Below are positions 40,301 to 48,598 of a DNA stretch of 64,000 nucleotides, piece after piece; position 1 is the first letter of the stretch; each line of letters starts with the position of its first letter. Under the pieces are notes generated by a model. The model worked only from the letters and a program-made list of their open reading frames with translations. It ran no database searches and had not been told where the DNA came from. A program made the translations under genes and the position numbers. The stretch lies in the NCBI GenBank assembly GCA_047602425.1, contig JASGHG010000001.1:1950263-2014262 (forward strand), written 5' to 3'. The stretch is from Nibricoccus sp. GTDB lineage: Bacteria > Verrucomicrobiota > Verrucomicrobiia > Opitutales > Opitutaceae.

Positions 40301-43268
40301 ACGCTATCTTCCCAAGAGGATCTGTTTCGCGAGTCATTCCGCCTGCAAAGCCATAGGTCCAAAGATGCGAGTCCAGCCCCAGGCTTCGTTGTTCTAAAAT
40401 ACGATCCGAAGTATCATAGACATTCGTCACCACGGTACGGCCTCGTGCATCGCTAATCTGCGTCATCAGTCCACGCGAATTAATAGTATACGTAGTTTCC
40501 TTACCCTCGGCATCCTTGAATACAAAATTTCCTTGATTTACGGTGTATTGAACCTCCCGGTCTGTGTTATCGGTGACTGTCTTTAGTCGACCAGATTCAT
40601 AGCCAAAATCGAAATAGCGGCCGAAGCTGTCGGTCACGCGCGTTAGAAGGCCGTTAGCATAAGTAGCGCTCAGTTTTCTTTCGGTTCCCGTGCTATTATT
40701 CTTATCAATAATGTCGGTGAACATTTTGTTCGCATCGAACTTAACCGTGGCTCCCTTTCTAAACTCCATGGTATAGGTCCCGTCGGCAGCCTGTGTAAGC
40801 GTCGCATTGACTCCCGCCGGGGGGGCATAGGTGGTGGTGGTAGCAGTGGAAAGCTTCGGCATTCTCGTAAACTCATAATTCCGAGTTCCAAAAGAAACAG
40901 AGGTCCTAGAATTTACCAGCTGGTCACCGGCCCAATTGGCGATGAGCGCAGGTACCAGCCAATGTTTTGGTGAACCATCCAAGTCGACGACATCCAACAG
41001 GGCGCGGGCAGCAACTACAAATGGCGCAACCTCTGCAGCCGTCGCACGTCGTAAATCGAAATCATTAGGATGCCGCTCTGAAAGTTGAATCGCATAACTG
41101 TGTGTCCAGCCTTTGCCCATTTTCGCCGGATCAGCCAATCGGCGTGCCGACGAATACTGGCGAACCAAAGCAAGCCCATGCGGAGACTCTCCGCCAAGCG
41201 TTAGGTCTGTGTCCTCCTTGTAAAACGCGCCGTTAGTAGTATCGACCGGATCCCATGATAGCGAGAGGGGAAGTGCAGAGGGTGTGTTTGTACCAAAAGT
41301 CGAACTCGCAAAGTAATCCTGATCGAAGGGTGTGACATTCAATTGATTTGGCATAGTCGCATAACCGCCAGCAAGCCCCCCCGTAATACCCATTAAACAG
41401 GTAGCGGCTCCTGAGGCATCTTCGGAGTAAAGCAAATAGCCTGTGCCTTTATACTCGTTTGACCATATTAGGCACTGATTCGGGATCGCTAAGCGTGCTA
41501 CCGGTTTCTCCATCTCGCTTTGAATTGCTGCGATTTCTGTTGCATCGAGTGTAGTGTAATTACCAATTAATGGCTTAATTAATTGGTAGTGGCTGTTGCT
41601 ATTGGCATAATATACATTATGATTATTAGATGAATCGATCCATTCAATCGCCCGTTGCATAAGCTTAACCGTTGATACGGCGGTATCAGGCACAGTCTGC
41701 TCAAGTGTAACATGCTCTAGCGCACTACCCAGATAGTTTCCGGCTAAAAATATCTTTTTACGATCAACCGCATTAACAGATCTGGGCGCAATGTTATCCA
41801 ATCTGAGCGGCAAATCCACATAAGGTGCCATCGAGGGGGTTGTCTTTATTCCGACTATACCAGCAAAACAATCGCACAGTTTTCTGCTACCACCCACAGA
41901 TCCCAGGATTTCATCCAGTAAATTCATCTGATTGAGATACTGCAGTCCAATGATATTAAGGTTCTCGGTTAACAATTTCCTCCCCTGTGGCAACTCCTGG
42001 CTGGTCACATATTCCGATTGTATTTGCAGGCGTTTCGCCAAACGACCAAGGCATTGGTCGAAACCGTACGCAATAACAGAACATCCCGCACGATCCAGTG
42101 CCTTGGCATTTTGTGTAATGGTGTAGGGAATATCCGGGAAAGTGTAGCTAAAGGTAACAGCCGCAACTACGGCCGCATCGACTTCTTCAACCAACATGGT
42201 GTCATCAAGCCAGAGCTGAGCTTTGCCTGAACTAAAATATACCGCCAATTTTTTACCCTGAAGTTCGGCCGTATAAAATGTCTTTTGCAGACTCCCTACT
42301 GTAACCGAAAATGTCATTGCATAATCAGTCGGTATCCCGGCCCACGACACTGCCGGAAATGCCACTGTATCTTCAAACATAACAGAAGGCAATTCCTCCG
42401 GTAGCGCTGTGAAAAATTCTGATTTTAATATAGCTTTGCCACAAATGTCAGCTCCAGATTCATCGTGAACCGTCGTCTGACAATATTGGATAAGACTGGT
42501 AGAGTATGACGACAGTTTATCTCGAAGAGCCGTCAGTCCACTTTGAGTCAGTTTAACCGAAAGCGTCTGATCAGAACCAGCCGCCGCATCATACACCGCA
42601 GCATTGCTGTAGGATATAGCCGAATCCAAGGAAATGGCTGGATTCCGCGAATGTCGCTTGAAGGATGGATCCAAGACGTAGTTTTTTCCAGCTATAGATG
42701 CAATTACCCATACATGGGGTACTCGAATGAAGTCCCGATCATATATGAGCGGGCTATCAAAATAATCGACGCGGCACTGCAACAACTGATCTCCAGCCAA
42801 GCTTGCATCGGACCCCAACCAATCAGCTACATCATTAGGGTCCATAACAACACCCCCAAATTTATAGGATGCATCGGCGCCACTTGCCTTCAATAAGGCC
42901 ACAAGCAAGGCACAGGTATCAAAATCGTTGCCAACTTTTTCCACCAAGGTCAGCTGCGCACCCCGCTTAAGTCCGTGGTAAGGGACGAACTCGATTGTAT
43001 TTTTCACCCACTCATAAATTCTGACAGGGTCGTTATTCAATGCGCTCGCAAGCGCCGTGATCTCCGGAGTAATTTCGTCAGCAACCGGGAGCAGCTGAGT
43101 CACCATATCTCTCGCCGCGACAACCCCCGCAGGTCTGGCCTGAAGCGCAGCGGCAAAACTTCTATTGCGCGCAGTAGCCTCCACAGGCTTAAACGTCCAA
43201 CCAGTTTGGGAGTGAAGCCTAGTGACTGCTAGAAGCAGCATGAGCGCTGATAAAGTGATCTTTTTCAT
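37302..43268 (-). CDS. RHS/YD-repeat toxin (1988 aa) with Sec signal peptide, N-terminal transglutaminase-like domain, RHS core and a glycine-rich C-terminal toxin
   Basis: MKKITLSALMLLLAVTRLHSQ signal. IYEWVKNTIEFVPYHGLKRG...GNDFDTCALLVALLKASG is a transglutaminase-like Cys core. There are dozens of YD repeats (e.g. YTYDSRGRVLTV, FEYNKRRQKT, YDYDALGNLIEV, YGYDAYNRMASV). The RHS-associated core reads YHYNHQGSTIAL...YMRARFYNPYTQRFLNADPIGFAGGMNWYAFANGNPVMMTDPEGK. A 192-aa G/A/V-rich tail follows. Confidence 0.9.
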   Translation of the reverse strand: MKKITLSALMLLLAVTRLHSQTGWTFKPVEATARNRSFAAALQARPAGVVAARDMVTQLLPVADEITPEITALASALNNDPVRIYEWVKNTIEFVPYHGLKRGAQLTLVEKVGNDFDTCALLVALLKASGADASYKFGGVVMDPNDVADWLGSDASLAGDQLLQCRVDYFDSPLIYDRDFIRVPHVWVIASIAGKNYVLDPSFKRHSRNPAISLDSAISYSNAAVYDAAAGSDQTLSVKLTQSGLTALRDKLSSYSTSLIQYCQTTVHDESGADICGKAILKSEFFTALPEELPSVMFEDTVAFPAVSWAGIPTDYAMTFSVTVGSLQKTFYTAELQGKKLAVYFSSGKAQLWLDDTMLVEEVDAAVVAAVTFSYTFPDIPYTITQNAKALDRAGCSVIAYGFDQCLGRLAKRLQIQSEYVTSQELPQGRKLLTENLNIIGLQYLNQMNLLDEILGSVGGSRKLCDCFAGIVGIKTTPSMAPYVDLPLRLDNIAPRSVNAVDRKKIFLAGNYLGSALEHVTLEQTVPDTAVSTVKLMQRAIEWIDSSNNHNVYYANSNSHYQLIKPLIGNYTTLDATEIAAIQSEMEKPVARLAIPNQCLIWSNEYKGTGYLLYSEDASGAATCLMGITGGLAGGYATMPNQLNVTPFDQDYFASSTFGTNTPSALPLSLSWDPVDTTNGAFYKEDTDLTLGGESPHGLALVRQYSSARRLADPAKMGKGWTHSYAIQLSERHPNDFDLRRATAAEVAPFVVAARALLDVVDLDGSPKHWLVPALIANWAGDQLVNSRTSVSFGTRNYEFTRMPKLSTATTTTYAPPAGVNATLTQAADGTYTMEFRKGATVKFDANKMFTDIIDKNNSTGTERKLSATYANGLLTRVTDSFGRYFDFGYESGRLKTVTDNTDREVQYTVNQGNFVFKDAEGKETTYTINSRGLMTQISDARGRTVVTNVYDTSDRILEQRSLGLDSHLWTYGFAGGMTRETDPLGKIAWTYFDERGRKIAYRDQLGNVSRWGYDGNDRVEYTRSPKGEETTMAYDAHHEVNQVTNPDGNSRTITPENDDSSTSRVENSFEGNQTTTEYYGYHKVKNVTATGGFTTSYTYDSRGRVLTVHPTAFAAGEVISYVYTDVAGYTKRVTATYPTAPTDTTAPTEITDLNARGDVIQFIDRGGRKTTFEYNKRRQKTKTVQWSGLYDATSPVGGTPPSDSIVSTTTYDDAGAVDYILDPRNNKVDYDYDALGNLIEVKGADGQVVKSQHYDERNLLGFTIDAFGNDTQFKYDDASRLKETIDPLVRHTYFDYDANGQRNYMKTALGHETDSVYNSLGLVDSTGDAMGFSIIHGYDKDGRPKTLKNRREQTYTWTYDDVARKVTTKTPEQKSTIVEKDTRGLLKTVTAPSLRVTEFKEYDAEGRLLKQKDGLGIETTFSYYPNGMLHEVSEGGMTTHREYDDFNRLKLYRDGDGNTLQYTYDAAGNLETITYPGNKVVTYGYDAYNRMASVSDWNGRVTSYAYDAGGRLKQVYRPNGTKRNMQYDAASQLCFVQELDVLGNVIWQQVLRYDKDGRIDLAVTAPVSDSGGVTSAPYYSATYDNDNRLETWNDVPVIHDDDGNMTLGPLPKDGSFGSYTYDGRNRLSSCNNVSYGYNPEGHRYRVGSIHYLVDPNASLSRVLVRNNGGTITRYVWGIGLVYEETDGATKTYHYNHQGSTIALSSDNGTSVLGRWEYAAYGQVRSQTGSADTPFLLHGSLGVMTESSGLVYMRARFYNPYTQRFLNADPIGFAGGMNWYAFANGNPVMMTDPEGKFAWAIAGFFIGAGVDLTVQLISNHGDWSKVNKTSVLVSGLAGAAGVGLGGKVAQLTTNILGRAVLNGVGSAVINGTGQIVKNVASGSDWEKDLGYAATVGGLFGAGGSIAGDLTERAFASFVQPSPFTQGLLDSGALQGRWKPLLFRGEKAPPTLGTQLGTGAGVVVANLSPVTDLFFSGGAAPQPAHNYYK

Positions 43269-43287
43269 GACTTAAATATAGTAAAAT

Positions 43288-44094
43288 TTACTGAGGTCCT
43301 TCCACGTTCCCTTCCTTGTCATATTTATGCGTTCGCGTGGGATCAGCTGTGAGACGATTATTTGCGTCATACTGATAACGGGCGGTGGCTGCTGGGTTGG
43401 GCGTGCTAGCCGCATTGTACGGACTGGAACCACTCGCAATCTCGACATAGTCGGGGTAGCCATCGTTATCGAAATCGATCGATGCAGCTGGAGACTCGAT
43501 CGTGAATCTCTTTCGCACCGTAGGGGTAGAGGCCCCTGAACGATCAGTGACTATAACAACCACAAAATGCAGTCCCGTACCCAGTTCGATGGGACAACAC
43601 GTGTAGCTAAAGCCTGCTCCGAGGTATCGGCTTGATGGCCCCGGGTATCCCAATGAGTTTACGGAATAGTCAGCAATATCCGGTCGGGCGAGTCCTACCG
43701 AAGGCCTTCCGACAAATATACCGTCGATGTATATTTTTATCGAATCGACCGGTGTCCCATCATCCCGGTCGACTGCCCACCCGCCTATATTCAAAATCCC
43801 CCCCTGCAGGTAAGCCGTTTCCAACGATGCAAGGGGCGGAGAGTTCACAATCGCATGGAAATAACTTCCTTCCCTGGCTTGAAAGCCGGCCTTTAAGACA
43901 ATCTGAGACGATGCAGAATACGTTACATTGGCACCGCTTTCAACAGTCACATTTGGGCCAGCCTCAATCGTCGATGGTCCTGAGACGGTCGTTGAGACCC
44001 CTGAAGAATACGTAACATCCTGTATGATTGTTTGGGCTCTGAGTCCCAACGCGGTCAACAACCAAAATAAAAGCAACAATGGAATTCGTTTCAT
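43288..44094 (-). CDS. Secreted accessory protein: LKAGFQAREG-type module, Ig-like domain, DNDG calcium-binding-like motif, C-terminal YD repeat
   Basis: Signal peptide MKRIPLLLLFWLLTALGLRAQ. SSQIVLKAGFQAREGSYFHAIV, IDFDNDGYPDYVE, and a terminal YQYDANNRLTADPTRTHKYDKEGNV. Its stop lies 19 nt upstream of the RHS start. Confidence 0.7.
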   Translation of the reverse strand: MKRIPLLLLFWLLTALGLRAQTIIQDVTYSSGVSTTVSGPSTIEAGPNVTVESGANVTYSASSQIVLKAGFQAREGSYFHAIVNSPPLASLETAYLQGGILNIGGWAVDRDDGTPVDSIKIYIDGIFVGRPSVGLARPDIADYSVNSLGYPGPSSRYLGAGFSYTCCPIELGTGLHFVVVIVTDRSGASTPTVRKRFTIESPAASIDFDNDGYPDYVEIASGSSPYNAASTPNPAATARYQYDANNRLTADPTRTHKYDKEGNVEGPQ

Positions 44095-44149
44095 ATTTTG
44101 AAAGGGCCAAGGCAGGTTAGTAATAGGTTTCTAATAATTTTTAATTCAG

Positions 44150-45062
44150 CTAGTTACTGCTCTTGAGCCGTGTGATTTCCGTTTGTTGAGCAGCTATTTG
44201 AAAAGCTTGGGCTTCGATTTTAGATTTCTGTTCGTTAAGCTGTTTCTGCTGGTTGATGACGTGCAAAGTCAGCTCTTCAACTTTAGCCAAGAGGATCGGC
44301 CTGCATATCGCCGATGGAGACGCCGTTGGCAGCAACCTCCGTCGCCGAGGGCACGCCGGGCAAATGGCCTTGCTGCTCGATATGCCGCTCCACCTCGGCA
44401 AGCGGTGCTAACTTGTAGTCTTTGGCAAAAACGCAGTCCGACCAGTTGGTGGTTTCAACAACCACTTCTCTCGCGCGAATCCTTCCATTGACCGAAAGCT
44501 TTTCATTCGGGCTCGTCGTTCCGATACCGACATTTCCACCAACTGCTATATGTAATCTTGAAGTTTTCGCTGAATTAAAATCCTCAACGATATCGAAGGA
44601 GTTAGAGTTCCTAGCTACGGAACCACAAGTTAGCCCCCAACTATTGCCATAGGCATTCAATGAAAGCACTGCTTCAGCCAGCACACTTTGGCTATCGTTG
44701 CGTACCGCCGCTACAACTGCACTATCTACCGTCTTCCACAGATGCAGATCATAAATTGGTCCTACAGACCCAATGCCAATGTTGCCGTTATTATCAATCC
44801 GAAGACGGACCATTCCCGCTACATCATCATAGAATTGAAATCCTCCAGGAGTACCCACGCTTGGACCAAGTCGAAAACTGTGACCCAAAGAGTCCTGCAA
44901 TTGCAGAGGGTCCGTCGCAGTATTACCGACTAGCGTCAGTCTTGCTGCAGGATTGCTAGTACCAATACCGACATTGCCTGATTCAGGCCAAGGATAAGTA
45001 TTTTGAGAGTAACCAGCAGCTGAGGTCATGAGAAACGTAACAAAAGCGGCGATCTTTTTCAT
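44150..45062 (-). pseudogene. Tail-fibre-like secreted protein, paralogue 1 of 9 (frameshifted in the conserved C-terminal module)
   Basis: ORF 44283-45062 ends ...GVSIGDMQADPLG*. The expected continuation ILLAKVEELTLHVINQQKQL...coiled coil is in ORF 44150-44401 in another frame. An extra C sits in GCAGGCCGATCC (about 44298-44301), where intact paralogues read GCAGGCGATCC. Confidence 0.8.
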
Positions 45063-45076
45063 GGGGGTAATAAAAG

Positions 45077-46285
45077 CTATAATGTTTTATTCAGTTTTGT
45101 GTTTTCTGTTTTAAGAGCGGCAATTTCGGCTTGTTGGTCATTGAGACGCTTCTCTTGCTGGATCTGGCGGAGCGTCAGTTCTTCAATCTTGGCGAGGAGG
45201 ATTGCTTGCATATCACCGACGGAGACGCCTTTGGCGGCGACTTCCTGCGCGGAGGGGACTCCGGGGAGGTGCCCTTGTCGTTCGATGTGTTGCTCGACTT
45301 CGCTGAGCGGTGCCAGCTTGTATTCCTTAGCGAAAACGTAGTCTGACCAATTCGTCGTCTCCACGATCACTTCCCTCGCCCGAATCCTGCCATTGACCGA
45401 AAGCTTCTCATTCGGGCTTGTCGTACCTATGCCGACGTTGCCATCGCCACGTATCACCATCTTTGAGTTTGCTGGAGCCGATCCCTTGAGTCGGAAATCG
45501 ATAAATGTATTGTCACTATTATAAGTGTTAGCTATAAAAACCTTGTTAGCGGTTGGATCCTCACCAAGCCGACCCATGTAGTACGTTTGTGATCCGAACG
45601 CAATGACCTCTCCATCGGTGTCATCCCATCGCCTTACGTCCAAAATGGCGCTAGGACTTGCGGTGGCTATACCGATTTTCCCACCGCTCCCTGTAACAAA
45701 CATAGCGTCATTAAGGTTAAGGATCTTGTATAGGGATTGCGTTCGATCATATGAGATCAGTCTCCCTCGATCGGCCGATGTTTGATATGTGAGCTCAACA
45801 CCTCTACCAACCGAAGGCAGTCCGACCTCATCCGTAACAGACACTGCACCTGCAATATCTAGCTTAGATCTCGGGGTAATCGTACCCACTCCGACGTCAC
45901 CTGAGCCGCCCAATACAGTGATCCCTCCTCCGTATAAGTCGCCACTACTTAAGGGACCACCAAGAAAAACACGATCGTTAACCGCTCGCAATACGCCGAT
46001 CCAATCCGAACCCGCCTGATTTGGGGCTAATATCCCACTGTTACCGACAAGGATTTGCCCAGCGCCTGTGAAATTGCCACCCGGGACAAGCGCTGGATCG
46101 ACATTCAGCGCAAGCGACCGTGCTGGCTGATTCACGCCTAGACGCAATGCCTTGTAGTACGAGCTATACCCAAAGTTTGTTTCCTGAATGGGAATCTGAT
46201 CGGGTCCTACGTAAACCGTCTGCGCGAGAACAGACGCAACTGCAGCAACTGCAAACAGGACTAGGATGCTAAGATTTTTTTTCAT
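45077..46285 (-). CDS. Tail-fibre-like secreted protein, paralogue 2 of 9
   Basis: Signal peptide and a divergent N-terminus. Internal GDVGVGTITPRSKLDI / GKIGIATASPSAILDV. Conserved C-module GNVGIGTTSPNEKLSVNGRIRAREVIVETTNWSDYVFAKEYKLAPLSEVEQHIERQGHLPGVPSAQEV...MQAILLAKIEELTL plus a coiled coil. Confidence 0.85.
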   Translation of the reverse strand: MKKNLSILVLFAVAAVASVLAQTVYVGPDQIPIQETNFGYSSYYKALRLGVNQPARSLALNVDPALVPGGNFTGAGQILVGNSGILAPNQAGSDWIGVLRAVNDRVFLGGPLSSGDLYGGGITVLGGSGDVGVGTITPRSKLDIAGAVSVTDEVGLPSVGRGVELTYQTSADRGRLISYDRTQSLYKILNLNDAMFVTGSGGKIGIATASPSAILDVRRWDDTDGEVIAFGSQTYYMGRLGEDPTANKVFIANTYNSDNTFIDFRLKGSAPANSKMVIRGDGNVGIGTTSPNEKLSVNGRIRAREVIVETTNWSDYVFAKEYKLAPLSEVEQHIERQGHLPGVPSAQEVAAKGVSVGDMQAILLAKIEELTLRQIQQEKRLNDQQAEIAALKTENTKLNKTL

Positions 46286-47277
46286 TTTTGGCCTTCTTTC
46301 TCAATTAGCTTTTGCTGAAGCCGGACATTTTCCGATTCGAGAGTTTGAACTCGTTTTTCCTGTGCAATTACGTGCAGCGTTAATTCTTCAATTTTCCCCA
46401 AGAGGATGGCTTGCATGTTGCCGACAGAGACGCCGTTGGCAGCAACCTCCTTCGCCGACGGCACGCCTGGCAAATGACCTTGCTGCTCGATATGCTGCTC
46501 CACCTCGGAAAGCGGTGCTAACTTGTAGTCCTTGGCAAAAACGCAGTCCGACCAGTTGGTGGTTTCAACAACCACTTCCTTCGCCCGAATTTTGCCATTG
46601 ACCGAGAGCTTTTCGGTCGGGCTCGTCGTGCCGATGCCGACGTTGCCGGAAGCTGCCAAATATACCCTCTCGGTCCCGTCGGTAACTGGATTTCCACCCA
46701 AGGCATTGGACTGCATAAAAGCGAGATCACCGTAGGAGGTTCTGCCTTGCACGAGCGCCCAATTTCTCGAATTTGATTGTGTATAATCATTCAAAAACGC
46801 GATCCCACTTCCGCCTATACCTGACAAACCAGTATCATGAAATGCGGTAATAATATTCTGAGATACCTTTGCCACTTCCAACGCATAACCCGGCGCTGAA
46901 GTTCCGATGCCAACATTATTGTTGGCTTTTAGCACAATGTATCCACCCGCAGGATTATTTCGATTAAATAGGAATATATCCTCACCTGTCGTACTTCCAT
47001 TAAAGATCCCGATTGCTCCACTACTGAAACCAACATTATAGACATTTCCGCTTTGTCCTGCATAAAAATTACCGTGGTTGAAGCCCCAGTACCCCTGAGG
47101 CGCTTTCGCGATAAAGCTGATTAGCCCATTGGCTGTAATCGTACCATTTACTTCGAGAGCTGAAGTCGGGTTCATTGTACCAATACCGACACTTCCGGAC
47201 GCCGGCCAGGGAGTATTTTGTGCATAGCTGCTGACCGCGCCGATGAATGACGACAAGACTATCGATAGAATTTTCAT
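46282..47277 (-). CDS. Tail-fibre-like secreted protein, paralogue 3 of 9
   Basis: Signal peptide, YAQNTPWPASGSVGIGTMNP, and the conserved C-module. Its stop overlaps the start of paralogue 2 by 4 nt. Confidence 0.85.
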   Translation of the reverse strand: MKILSIVLSSFIGAVSSYAQNTPWPASGSVGIGTMNPTSALEVNGTITANGLISFIAKAPQGYWGFNHGNFYAGQSGNVYNVGFSSGAIGIFNGSTTGEDIFLFNRNNPAGGYIVLKANNNVGIGTSAPGYALEVAKVSQNIITAFHDTGLSGIGGSGIAFLNDYTQSNSRNWALVQGRTSYGDLAFMQSNALGGNPVTDGTERVYLAASGNVGIGTTSPTEKLSVNGKIRAKEVVVETTNWSDCVFAKDYKLAPLSEVEQHIEQQGHLPGVPSAKEVAANGVSVGNMQAILLGKIEELTLHVIAQEKRVQTLESENVRLQQKLIEKEGQK

Positions 47278-47342
47278 GATGAAGAACTCGACAAGTAACG
47301 TGCGAATAATCGGGATCCAGAAACGAAAGAATTATGACTTTG

Positions 47343-48581
47343 CTAGGGATGGGTGGATTTTAGATGGGCAATCTCGGCTTGTTGGGCGGCAATTTGCGTC
47401 TGTTGCGTATTTAGCTGCTTCTGCTGGCGGATCACGTGCAGTGTGAGCTCTTCGATTTTCGCGAGGAGGATAGCTTGCATATCGCCAATGGAGACACCGT
47501 TGGCTGCAACCTCCTTCGCTGAGGGCACGCCGGGCAAATGACCTTGCTGTTCGATGTGCTGTTCCACCTCGGAAAGCGGTGCTAACTTGTAGTCCTTGCC
47601 AAAAATATGGTCCGACCAGTTGGTGGTTTCAACAACCACTTCTCTTGCACGAACTCGGCCGTTGACCGAAAGTTTCTCGCTCGGATTCGTCGTACCGATA
47701 CCGACGTTGCCCAAAGGATCAATGGTAGCGGCATCTAGGTTGCTATTACCGTCCGAAACACGGAACGTTATTCTCCCCTTAGTGCCGCCGGCATAAACAG
47801 AGCCGAAGTATGCGTTATCGCCACCCTCGCCGGATGCTCCCCCTCCATACGAAACAAATGCGTAGCAGTTTGAAGAATTCGGTCTTGAAACTCGCAACCC
47901 GTCAGAAAGCAATCCGGCACTATTTAAATTCTGAACATGAAGTTTTGCTTCCGGGCTGGCGGGGCCAACGGCGAGGCTGCCCGTAGTCACGATATTTGTA
48001 TTCGTTGAAGTTATGAGATTTCCAGCAATAATGTGTGCCTGCCCTCCAGCTGGAGTTTCCTCAACATTATGTATAGTAATGGCGCCTTTGCTATCTATTA
48101 CACGCCACGCTACAGTCGGTGCATATTCCGACGCTCGGATTCTAATATATACCGTACGCGGCCCGCCGGTGCTACCAACCACGCGGACTTCCCGAAGATG
48201 CTCATTGTAAGTTTGTCGCTCTACACTAAAACCCACGCGGTCATTAAAGTAGGTTCCAAAAACCTTCACTTCGGCAATTTCTTCGCTCGCATTCGAACCA
48301 CTGCGAATTTGAAACCTAACGTAGTGGTTGTTAGGAATTGTCGCTAATTTGATCCATCTTTCATCACCAATCCCGAGGGATATACTTTGCAGCGAGGAGA
48401 AATATAGTTCTCCGATTCTAAATGATCCTCCTACATGAGTGTCACCACTCACATCGAGGGTAAAATTAGGATTAGTCGTGCCAATTCCAACGTTCCCGGA
48501 CGCGGGCCAAGGATACGTGTTTTGAGCATAAGTGCTGCCTGCAAAAACAAGCCCAAATATAAATGAGATGAAATATTTCAT
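47343..48581 (-). CDS. Tail-fibre-like secreted protein, paralogue 4 of 9
   Basis: Signal peptide, YAQNTYPWPASGNVGIGTTNP, a unique core, and the conserved C-module plus coiled coil. Confidence 0.85.
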   Translation of the reverse strand: MKYFISFIFGLVFAGSTYAQNTYPWPASGNVGIGTTNPNFTLDVSGDTHVGGSFRIGELYFSSLQSISLGIGDERWIKLATIPNNHYVRFQIRSGSNASEEIAEVKVFGTYFNDRVGFSVERQTYNEHLREVRVVGSTGGPRTVYIRIRASEYAPTVAWRVIDSKGAITIHNVEETPAGGQAHIIAGNLITSTNTNIVTTGSLAVGPASPEAKLHVQNLNSAGLLSDGLRVSRPNSSNCYAFVSYGGGASGEGGDNAYFGSVYAGGTKGRITFRVSDGNSNLDAATIDPLGNVGIGTTNPSEKLSVNGRVRAREVVVETTNWSDHIFGKDYKLAPLSEVEQHIEQQGHLPGVPSAKEVAANGVSIGDMQAILLAKIEELTLHVIRQQKQLNTQQTQIAAQQAEIAHLKSTHP

Positions 48582-48598
48582 TGATTCTGAATTTACGA

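Noticed and set aside
37302-43268. The RHS protein as a T6SS effector.
   Set aside because: There is no PAAR domain, VgrG, Hcp, adaptor or T6SS core gene in the window. The protein instead has a cleavable-looking Sec signal peptide. The delivery route is left open rather than asserted.
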